Positions 1 through 12,000 of a stretch of 64,000 nucleotides of DNA are shown one piece after another; the first letter of the stretch is position 1, and every line of letters starts with the position of its first letter. The notes under the pieces are model-generated. The model had not been told where the DNA came from, did not search any database, and saw only the letters and a list, made by a program, of their open reading frames with translations. Source of the DNA: Thalia democratica (taxonomy: Eukaryota); contig OZ241829.1 in assembly GCA_965202585.1 (NCBI GenBank), positions 23,808,001 to 23,872,000 on the forward strand. Reading direction: 5' to 3'. A program made the translations under genes and the position numbers.

Positions 1-3000
1 AGCCAGGTTAGTGTAAACGTTGTTTGATGTTTTTTTTTAAATTAAGAAAGCACGAACCTTTTATTTTATTTATTTAAAAACGGGTATGGTTTGTGGTTCG
101 ATAAACAAATTTAAAATTGTGTTATAAAATAGATTTATTTTGATATTTAAAATGTGCTCGTAGTTTGTTCGCTAATTACTTATTACCACTTAAAATTGAT
201 AATACAATGCAATTTTCAGTTTGATGTGATGGCAAATTTCATCGAAGAAACTTCAACTATTGGTGACGTCATAGTTATGGTAGTCAGAGGGGTTTCAAAA
301 CTTTATACTGCAAGTGACGATTCCGAAATCAAAACAACACTAAGAAAGATCGGACTCGCTTCATTTGCAGGATGTATTGATGAATCTTATGCAGGTTTCA
401 CATGTTCTATAATACCAATTTTATCGATATAAATATGTGTTCTTCCTTACAGTTATCATTTGAATTAGTTGGGGTTTTGATTACTTTAATATTTTCCCTT
501 TAAGCGATTAAAATTTAAATTACAATGATTGTAAATTATTTATTTAGTTAAATAATATTTTTCCATGATAACCGCTTGAAATATACAAATTATTCGATTA
601 TTGTGTTTATACCAGACATATTAAAAGAACTTGCTCACATACTTCTTCAAGTTTTAAATGTGTGTACAATTGATTGTATCAAACAGTTTAACCATACATC
701 AGTCATGGTTTTTATTTTTTAAGTTTTTTAAAAGATATTGTTTTTTATTTCATTAAACTATTAATTATGTTACTGGTTGTAGAGAGCTTACTGAAAAGTC
801 ACAGATGTGCTTTTAAAATTTAAAATATAACTGATCTATAGTTAATTGATTTAATTTAAAACGAGATGTTTGTTTTCAATATTTTTTTTCAACAGCTGAC
901 AGCACTTCTTGGGCAGTTTTAACTGGCAGGTTTCCAGAGCACGCTTCCGTTCCAAGCTGGGCCGAATGCAAAACGAGCACAGACGATTCGGTTGTGATTG
1001 ACAAGACGTTCAATTTCGATTGTTAGTTTTTTTGTTATCAATTTTTGCTTAACAGACCAAGCGCTCGTTTCGAACTAGCACTTGCAATTTCGTATTTGAA
1101 AAAGAAAGCAAGTATCATTGTTATTGATTGAAATCATTGTCAAATTTTGTCAAAGCTTCTGTAACATTAACTTTGTTTTTTTAACACGTTTTCTACCCGA
1201 ATTTGTAGTTTAAATATTTTTTGCGTTTTTCCTAACAGCTTGTAGCAAACCTTCGTCAGAACTGAAGAACGGAGCTTATACTAATTTAGAAACGGATGAA
1301 ATATACAATTACGGCGAAAGTTTGAACTTCACTTGCAACAAAAATTTAAATCCAGTCCCCTCAAATAACCAAATTGTTTGCACTTTGATGGGATGGGAAC
1401 ACGAAGCTGGCTGTTTTGAAAGTTTATTAAAATATTTTGTAGTTAAATAGTGTAATAGTGTACTTTAAAAGCTATACCAAGTTATGTTAACAGTTTAATA
1501 TTTTTTAAAAAATTTTTTTTTTACTTTCTGTCTTTAGTAGCTATTTAACTGATGTATAAGCAAAAAAGAAAAAAATTTGAGAATAATTATCAGTTGCATT
1601 GAGTTGTAATTAGGAATTTCCAAGAAGTTTAAAAAATTTTAAATGCTTAATAATTAAAACATAATTAGTAATCACACAAAGACCAAAACTGCCAAAATAA
1701 GTTCAGCCTATTTTGTATCGTTATAAATTTATTTGAACAAGAATCGCAGTTTGACAATCCGGTAAATGGTGAAACTTATTTACTGCATGAATTATAGAAT
1801 CTTTGACTTGAGAAGATTCATTTGCTAAATCTGATACACCACATATTTAATTACTTAATTATTGATAGAATTATAAGTTATATTATACTGATACATTATA
1901 AAGTAACAAAATTTATTTGAGTCACCAATTTTTGAAAATTATTTTGTCATAAAGCTTTCTGCTCGTATTTTTCAAAAATCAACTTTCTGCAATTCGTTTG
2001 TTATATTGAAATGTACATTTCCTGAAATTTAAAATTTTAAGAAATTTTTCATGTTTTTTTGCATTTTGTTGTATCGGATTTTACGATTAAATTATCGAAA
2101 AAGTGTTAATTTTTGTATAAATATAAAATACACTTAGAAACTTAGAAATACAATATTTAAGAAGGTGTTTAGTTATTGAGCATTTAATTTCTCCATGAGA
2201 AACTTTCATAAGAAATTTGTAAGAATTAAGTATTAAATAAGGAAAATTATAATTTAATTGATTTATTGTATATAAAAATAAATAGTTGTGATAATATCCT
2301 TAATAAAAGCTTATAAAGAGAATGTTTATTAATTATAAACGGTGACTTCACTTATTTACGCATTTGACCCAAAGAATAAATTATGAATATTTTTTTAGTT
2401 TTTTTGTAACTTCAACATCAGTGCCAAAAATTGACCTTTACTTATAGACCCTTGCCAACATTTAAATTAAAGTAAAGTATTTTGTATAAACAGTTTCTTT
2501 ATCAATCCAGATCACTAAATATATTTTAAATACTTCGCTTAACTTTGAGCGTTCAAATTAAAAAATGTTGGAAAACTTTACTGGAATTTGTTTTTGATAT
2601 GTTTTTTTGTGTTGTCAAAAATAACTGCATAAACGTTCTTCATTTTTTACTGAATTAATTTCTATAAGAATAGTTTTAACAGATATTTACCTAACAGTTA
2701 AATATATCTGAAATGATCACTTAGCTGTAGTCTTGAATTAATCTTTTTCCAAACTTTAAAATTATTATTTTTGTTTAGTATTATATTTATTTTCAAATGA
2801 TATTATATCAACCTAAAAATTTAATAGTAACGATTTTTTATTAGTTTTGATAAGTGAAACGGACTAGTTACTTTATTACTTTATGTACAAAATAAAGATG
2901 TTTCCTATAACTTAAAAGAAATCAAAACGGTTATGAATTTCTCAATTTAAAAAAAATAAAGTTATGTTATAAAGATTATAAATCTTAATCGAATTAATGA

Positions 3001-6000
3001 TAAGTTTGCATTCGTGATGTGTGACTAGAGTGATTTTTTTTTTAGTAAATATTTTTAGGCTCATACCATAGACACGCAATTTACCACAAATAGCTAAAGT
3101 CTTAATGTTTGATTTCAGCAAACAAATTTTGCAAAACAGCTAAATAAAATGTGAACGTCATTGAGTAGTATATCACAGTTATTGAATATGTGGGTTTGCC
3201 ACAAATCTGTCTTTATTTGATAGCACAGAAATAAATAAACATGTTTTCTTTCACTTTAAATAAAATCTAAAAAAGTTATATGTAGAAAAATGTTGCTAAA
3301 TTCATTGACCCGAACAAAATTATATTTTATTTTTTAGAAACTCTTTTAGTACCCTCATGTGTGTATTAATTACCCGATATATATTACACTTAACTTGATG
3401 CCAAGGTTTGGACTCGATTTTAAAAAGATAGTTTTCTTTTTTTTAATTTTCTGTTTGTTGCCGATTTTCAAATTAATAGATTATCATTTAAATTAATAAA
3501 GGAAGACGTATATTATTATAGTTTCCTTAACTAATTGACTAACTTATACAGATCTAGAGCGTATAATTCATTCATTACAGATTGTCCTGACGTTCCATCA
3601 TTTAATAACACACAATTATCACTGACCGACCATGCTCCTTATCATCGCGTAGCAAATTTCATGTGCGAAGTTGGTTTTTCGCTCTTTTTAGATGACGGGA
3701 GCAGCGCAGATTCGTTCCAACTTACTTGTAGCAAGAACGCAACATGGGTTGGTGTAGAAGGAAAATGTAGAAAAGGTGATGTAACATTTTTTTCTATTAA
3801 TCATGCTCTGTAGTATGTTGTGTAGAGTTAGTACTTATTACAACTGTTTAATTCTACCAGGCAATGCTTTTAAATTGTGCGTTCCTTTAAACTTTACTAG
3901 CGATATAACAAATTGTATTAAGTTAAGAGTATTTCGTCAAGTTTGCAAACAGGTAAATTAGTTTGAAAAAGCTTCGGTTTTTGTGCTGAATGCTTAGTTT
4001 TGAATGTTAATTTAAATTTATCAATTAATTCGTTGAAAATTTTATTATTTTTTGTAAAACAACAGTAAAAACATTATAAATTTTTTGTCGTTTTTATAAA
4101 AATCAAAGTAAAATATCTATGCAATTTGCTTGATTTTAAAAACTTTTATAAACTTTAAAATATCCTGTTTTTGTTTTTAAAAGTCATATGACCAAAGTTA
4201 AAAGTAAAGTTATTTTGAAAAGTCATTTTCACAAATAAAAGTTTTTCTTTAGATTATTTTGAAACTAACAAATAGTTAACTTGCTTTGAAGAAGTATATT
4301 CTATAAAATTAAAAGCCCTGCTTATTCCCTTACTTAATCTACTTGATCCAAAATCAGTATACAACTGTTTATAAAACACACTTTAATAGTTATTTTATAT
4401 GCATTTTTCGCAACAAACTAAAAGGATGTTGCTTGTATCAATTTAAGCTTTTAACTTTTTACGAAACGCGAGAAATCTGAATGAACATTTATAAGTGTTG
4501 TTTCTGAAAAGTCACTTTACCATACACTGTTATATTGCAGACTGCCCGGCTGCAATACCTGATGATAAGCTCGAGATTTACAACATTGAAATGGTAACGA
4601 AAACGGAAGCGAGTTACGACGAGGCACTGCAAGTTGAGTACGTGTGCAAAAGTAATTACGACAAGCTGTATTTGGGTGACTTTGTTTATAAGTGTCAGGA
4701 AGATGGTACGTGGAACAATAAAAATGTACTCCAGTGTCTTAACAGTCAGTTGCTTTTTCTTCTTTTTTTAGTTTTCAGCGTCTGCGCGGTTACTACTCCT
4801 CTAAGGATAAAATTTAGTTTTCAAGTTTTGATATTTTGTTCGCAATATAAAAGTTTTTTAGGTCTGTGATTTGATTGCCTTTTAATTGTAGTCAATTATT
4901 AAAATTATACCATTTTTAATAAAAGTACTCAACTCATAAATTTTTGTTTTGTGCTTTAACCAAATAGGTTTGCTTTCGAGATAGTTTAATATAGTTACAA
5001 ACTTATTCCTAAGTTATGAATAAAACACACTTTGAATGAATGCAATTTACTTTATTTTCAATAATAATTCTTAGTTCTGAAGAAAGAAACTATTAAATCA
5101 CGACACAAATAAAATCTATAAAAAGTATCAACAATCGTAAAGTTACATAAATACTAACATCAACTCCGCGATGTAGACGTTTTCTTGATTCTCGATAAAT
5201 TGAAGTAAAACGTTAAACTTAATCGTAACTAGATCATACCGCGGAATAACTTTGCAACTGACTTTAACGCGTATTTGAAAGACAAACGCCGATATATACG
5301 CGTCGGAATGAAATTAACTCCTTGAAATAATAAAAATGTTTGTTTTTTTATAAAAATATGTTTGTTTTTTTAATACTAGAAGCACGTCACAAATATCTGC
5401 ACAAAACACTCCACAACATTCGCTTTAAAATACGAAAATGAGATGTTAATATCATTACATTGTTTCTTTTTAAATTTTCAATTTTAACGTTTAAAGCCTG
5501 GTTTTAAATAATATAAATCTTTAAAATCCTACTTAACTTTAAACTTTTTTATAATTTTTAAAAAGGGGGGGGGGGGGTCAAAAAAAAAAAAAAAGTAAGA
5601 AAAAGAAACTGTATAACTTATTATCTCAAAAATTACATAATTTACAAAAATTAAGATAAGACACAACATAAGGACAAATTAAAAATGATAGTCATTTAGT
5701 TGGCTTCTGGCTTGTTGTCCTCAGGCTGCTTCTTTTACTGTGGTTTATTTAGCAGGAACGAACTCTTTTAATTCGCTTGTTCTTCTCCAAATTCAAAAAT
5801 TCATCGAATTCACTTGTTGACATAGAAAATATTCATCTTTTCATTGTCCATCATTGTAGTATCCATTTGAAAGAATTCATTCCAAAAAATACGCGGCTCA
5901 AAAAAAAAGTTCAGATATTCTTTCAAGAAAGTTTAGTAAAAACTACTATGTTATTATGCCAAAAGACAATAACGAAACTGTCAGAAACTTTCAAACCCAT

Positions 6001-9000
6001 TTTTTTATACAAAACAAAAATTAAGCATTTAAATATGCATTAAAAGAAAATTAATATTTTAAAACACATGAAACATTTTAATTTTGTTTTTAACTTAGAA
6101 AAACATATGTTCTTAATATTTAACTCGCAAACTTTAATAAACAAAACAGAAAACATTTTCTTTAAAGTATTTTACAAAACAATAAGTACTATTTTCATGC
6201 ACAAACTTTTATAGGATTCAAGTATAAAATATCTCAAAAAGCAACACGAGCAATTTCTAAGCATTATAGAAATTTTAAAGAGAAAAATTTAGCGAGTGCT
6301 TTTGTTCGATCATTAACAGTTAAAACTAAATGGGAGTTGAAAGTACTTTTAAATTCAAAATTTATAGGAAAAGTTTATCACGAGTCGAATTTTAAAGCTT
6401 TAAACTTGAACTTGATTATTTTACGAGCAAAAACTCTGGTAATTTAATTTTGTTTTAAATTTAGAGAAAAAAAGTAGTTACTAAAATTTTAATGCAAAAA
6501 ATAGGCGTATGAAACTTTTCTATATTATAATTGCTATTTGATAGCTTTTAATTAATAGTTTAATTACTAAACTGTAATTTATAATATAAAAAACTTCATA
6601 AATCATCATTAAAAGTAAAAAAGCTATAAACTTTACAATTCAGAAATTTTATCAGAAAAGAATACAAAATAAATACACGTAATAGTTTCTTTCATTTTAA
6701 CTTCTTAAAAAAATTACCTGAGTTTAGAAAATATTTAAATAGATTTTCATGTTAATAAAAAGTTACAACTTTTTACCTTTATTAAAGTCTGTTTCGTTAG
6801 TTTTGTGAAAATGTTTATATTTTATCTTCAAAATGCTTTAAGATAAATGTAAAAAGTTTTAGACCTGCTATTAGTAATTCTGACTCTTTTTTATTTTGTG
6901 TTATAATTTCTTTTTTGTCAAAGGAATTAAGTACTGCCAAATTGTTGTTCTCTTTAGCTAATATGTTGCTTGATACGCTAGTTTGTGATTTTGTTTTTGA
7001 AGAATTGTAATAGCCTGAGTCTTGTTTATAACTTTTAAGCTGCACTGTTGGCACTTGATATTTTGGCTTGCTATCATACTTTTTATTGTAACTGATATTT
7101 TTCTGCTGTTGTTTCTGATGTTTTTCTTTGATAAGTTTACCTTGTTTTGCTTTAAAAGCAAAAGCTTTCTTATAAGCTCTACTAGCTTTTATTTTCTGCT
7201 GTTGGAGGTTACGAGAATGATGGTTTGCGTTAAATATATTTTGTTGAAGTTTTTGATTGTAGTTTGAATTTTTATCTACAGCATACTTAGACCCTTGAAC
7301 TGTTTTACCATTAGGACCTGTCACGTTTGCGGCTTCTGACATGTTATTTTTACCTACAACAATATCAAACTGGACTTTTTCTCCTTGTGCAAGAGACCTT
7401 AAGAATTTGTTAGGGTTATTTTTGGCGATAGCTGTATAATGAACAAAAACATCGCTGTTCTGATCATCACGATGAATAAAACCGTAACCTTTGCGAACAT
7501 TAAACCATACTACTTGACCAGTTACTCTAATTGCTTTAGTGTTTTTGGTTACCTGAGCTTTTTCTTTGGTTGTTTGAAACTCTTTGCTTGTATTAGATGT
7601 TTTTGTAGGTAAGTGTTGATGACATGACAAACAGTGTGCTATGTTAACATTATTACTACTATTCCCATTGTATGATTTTCTTGGTTTAAAACTATCTCTA
7701 TCTTGGTTATGTTGACGATAATTGTAATTATGATTAATACCATTATCTCGGAAATGAAAATTTTGTTGATAATTAGGACGAACTCGCTTATGGTAATTTA
7801 TTTTAGACCTATGCTGACTTTGCTCATACTGCTGTAGTCTATTGTAATTAACTTGCTTAGGTACTAATGCGTTTTCTTTATAAGCATTCCATATGGCTTG
7901 TCCTTTTCTTTTAAAAAGTTCTAAGCTTTCATCAAAATGTTCCCTAATCTTATCTTTGATCGAAAAGGGCATTAAGTATGCAAGAAAAAACTTAATTCTG
8001 TCCTGTTCTCGACATTTGGCCCAACTTACGGCTGTAGCAAATATTTTATTAAAGTTTGTACACTCATTCCAAATTGGAATTTTATCTAAAATTTCAGCTA
8101 ACTGATTGTCCCTATTAATAAAAAAGTTTCTTAAAGAACTGTAATTTCTTTCACCTCGTTCTGTCATTTTATAATAGTCTGACAACTCTTCTCTCGGCCA
8201 AAACCCAGTTAGAAATTTATACTTTTCTGTATTACTAGAAATATTTTCATTTAACATTTCCTCCTTGAAAAAACTAATAATATCACGAGGGTTTCTTACA
8301 AAGTCTAACCTTTTAAACTTTTTACTTAGTCTTTGCGCCTTAAATGTGTCGCTAAAAATGTTTAAATTATTTTGATTACTTTTTTCGTAATCATCGTAAA
8401 AAGGTTCGCGTTTTTCTAGCATCGCACGTTCGTAATGTGGTGATCTAGACTGCTTTAATCTATTATTTAACTTTTTTATTTGCATTTGCAAAACTCTTAA
8501 CTCTTCTTCATTTGTTAGCTGCTTAACTTCGCTTGATTTTCTAAATTGTTGTTGAATGCTGTTTGACGGATAAAATTCAGCATTATCATTCATCATCTCT
8601 GCTTGATGAGAATTATTAAGATTGATATCGTCATTGTTGTTTGTGTGCATTTATTCTGTTTACTGCTTAAAGATTTGTAACCAGAAGATTCAAGGTTCTT
8701 AAAAGACACTGCGTGGTTTCCACTTTAACCAAATGGGTTATTTTAATGGTTTTTATGTTTTATGTCTTAACTACGTGGTCTCCAGTAACTTACTAACTGC
8801 TATACTTACGAGAAGTAAATAATATACTAACAGTATAAGTTACAAAACTATTTCCTAAGTTATGAATAAAACACACTTTGAATGAATGCAATTTACTTTA
8901 TTTTCAATAATAATTCTTAGTTCTGAAGAAAGAAACTATTAAATCACGACACAAATAAAATCTATAAAAAGTATCAACAATCGTAAAGTTACATAAATAC

Positions 9001-12000
9001 TAACATCAACTCCGCGATGTAGACGTTTTCTTGATTCTCGATAAATTGAAGTAAAACGTTAAACTTAATCGTAACTAGATCATACCGCGGAATAACTTTG
9101 CAACTGACTTTAACGCGTATTTGAAAGACAAACGCCGATATATACGCGTCGGAATGAAATTAACTCCTTGAAATAATAAAAATGTTTGTTTTTTTATAAA
9201 AATATGTTTGTTTTTTTAATACTAGAAGCACGTCACAAATATCTGCACAAAACACTCCACAACATTCGCTTTAAAATACGAAAATGAGATGTTAATATCA
9301 TTACAGTGCAAAAGGGAATAAATGATAGTTATAAGTACTAGCTTAGTTTTATCTACCTCTAAATTATTAGATTTATTCTATTCTAAAATTAAAAAATAAT
9401 TCATTTCAGTTAAGACTTATCTTAAACTTTTATTTATGTTTTTTGTAGATTTATACAGTTCAATTAGTTATAAATTATATAATTAGCTTATTGAAATACT
9501 ACGTTTAATAATAAAATTATTTAATAGAGATACTCGCATTTTAGATTAATTAATTGTTTTTTATGTCTTTATGTAAAATTTTAATCTATAAAATTAGTTT
9601 TTAGGTTATTATGACATTTTTTTACTAAGGTAGGTGATAACAATTGACTTTTAGTATGATGATTTTCTATTTACTGATATCGTAGCACTGAAAATTTAAA
9701 ATTAGTAAATTAGGTTCGAAATAACTAAGTATGATGGTTTTCAATGTGGAATTTTTATCATTAAAAGTAGTTACAACTCTATTATTTCGTTATCAAAAAT
9801 GCAAACAATTTAGATATTGTATGTGTTGAAAGACGTTTATACGTTTTTAGATACCATTCAATTGCAATCAAAATTACCTTTTTCATGTATTTAATTTAGT
9901 AAGCACTGTTTTAAAAATAGAACTAATTTTATTTTCAAATCAAATTAAATAAATACATACAAAACTATTTAATCAAACAAAAATATGGGCAAACTTAAGA
10001 AACAATTTATGAATTATGAATACTAATCAAACACCAAGTAAATACAGGGTTGTCACTCGGTCAGGAAAAGTCAGGAAATTAGGAAAAGTCAGGAAAACTT
10101 TAAAAAAATGACAAAAGTCAGGAAAAAATGGGGGGTTTTGAAAAAAAGTCAGGAAATTTGATAAAATTAAAAAAAAAAGTCAGATTTTGTCAGTTTAAAT
10201 TTACAAAATTCCTTGTTTTCCAAAGCCTTCAAATGGTAATATTTAATTAAAAGTCTATTAAAGTCAGAAAAAATTCCAAAATTTCCTAGAAATTTACAAA
10301 AATATTTAATTTAATTTCCAATGCCTTCATCTGGTATAAATTAGTAAAACATATTTAATAAAACTGCAAAAATTTTCAATTAACATATTGAACAAGTACC
10401 CTACTTGAACAAGCAGATTTTGTAAGCTTTTTAATATTGATGATCTGTAGCAAGAACACTTCCATAGTGAAACTGTGGTATATACATAAAATTTTATCTA
10501 GCATAATTTTAGAACCAAAGTTCTTTTTAACTAAGCAGTTACTTACATGTCGTTTGTTTATCTAGATACATTTATGCTAGGAAATGCTAAAAAATTGTGT
10601 CTTTTTTCAGACAAGCTGTTTTTATAAGTTATAATACAAGTATTTTGCTGATGGAGCTGTTTATTACAAACATCAATCATACACAGTTGGTTCAAGTAAT
10701 GTACTGGAAGTTTGATGATAGAATTCAGCAAAAAACTGTTGTTTTTAACCTGTATTAAAATTAGATTGAAAGCTTTATATAGTTTCAATTGTTAGATTAT
10801 GTACTTTAGAATAAGTTTAATTTAAGTTTTTGATTTAGAAAAGTCAGGAAAATTTTTGTAAAAAGTCAGGAAAAGTCAGGAAATTTTTCTCAGCTTGATC
10901 AATGGCAACTATGTAAATAGTAGTTAGAACAAAAAAGATTTAAAAAAATAGTAATTGACTATATAAAGACATTTTGCGGAATCCGAGATCCTTTATAAGA
11001 TGCTGGTTAAAAATTAACATTCGGTTTATTTTATTTAATCATTATTGCTGATAAACTGCTGCGTTTTAAGTAGGCCAATGATTTGACATATCGATGTTTT
11101 TTAAATTTTTTATTTAAAGTTAATAGGTAGAAAGCCAAGACCCTAGCGCATATAAGGCTTCAAAACAAATTTTAAAATTCGGTTTACAATGGTAGTTGGC
11201 GCGAGACCGTTTGAAGAGTTTTAGGAAAGATTATATAATGATATATTAAATAATTTATATTAAACCGCCAAAGCGAAAATCTTTAAAAAGAACTTCTACT
11301 TCAAAGTATTTAATTAATATTCCATAACTTAAAAAAGGTGTTTAAATGTTATGTTTAATAAGTAGTTTAATCACATATTTCTGACTTTTTTTTATCGTTT
11401 ATTTAAAAAATTGATAAAATAAGATATTTTGGGGAGAAACCAAAGATGCATATATATTTATTTCTATAAGCCTTAGACTTAAAACGTTTTAATAAAATTA
11501 TAAAAATTGTATTAACTCAATTTCAAAGCTGTAACTACTGTTTACTTTCAGATTGCTTTCAGTTCATCACGTCTGGTACATTTGAGGTCTTTGGAGACGC
11601 TAAAAGCTATTGTGAAGGTAATAGTGGACGTTTGCTAGAGCAAAGTATGAAGCTAAGGTGGAAAAACTATCACGAGTAAGTTGCTTAAAAGAAATTCAAA
11701 TTTTTTAATTATAAATCCTTTTTTTTCAATGTGGACCTGGGCATCAAAAGTTTAGCAACTTAAACAGTATACATAAACATAATTTTTATAAAATAAACAA
11801 ATGTATAATTTTTAAAGCAAATTGTTTTTAAACTTTGGTCACTTTTGCATTAAAACTTGAAAATAAAGGAAACTTGTATCTAAGCTTAGTATATAAAATA
11901 GCATAATATTTTAAAATAGGTAAATATTTATATGAACTGCACTAAAAACTTTGACAAACCCAGTTAATTGCTCAGTTGTAAAAAGTAATTGATTTTTTGA

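Noticed and set aside
5565-5594. G13 run next to an A14 run inside the LTR element
   Set aside because: Simple homopolymers; no evidence of function and prone to sequencing error.
6958-8105. Short ORFs 6958-7161, 7022-7267 and 7893-8105
   Set aside because: Alternative-frame or antisense shadows of the 611-aa ORF.
8705-8723. TGGAAACCACGCAG next to the 5' LTR as a primer-binding site
   Set aside because: Position and TGG start fit, but I cannot match it to a tRNA 3' end from memory; needs a search against the host tRNA set.
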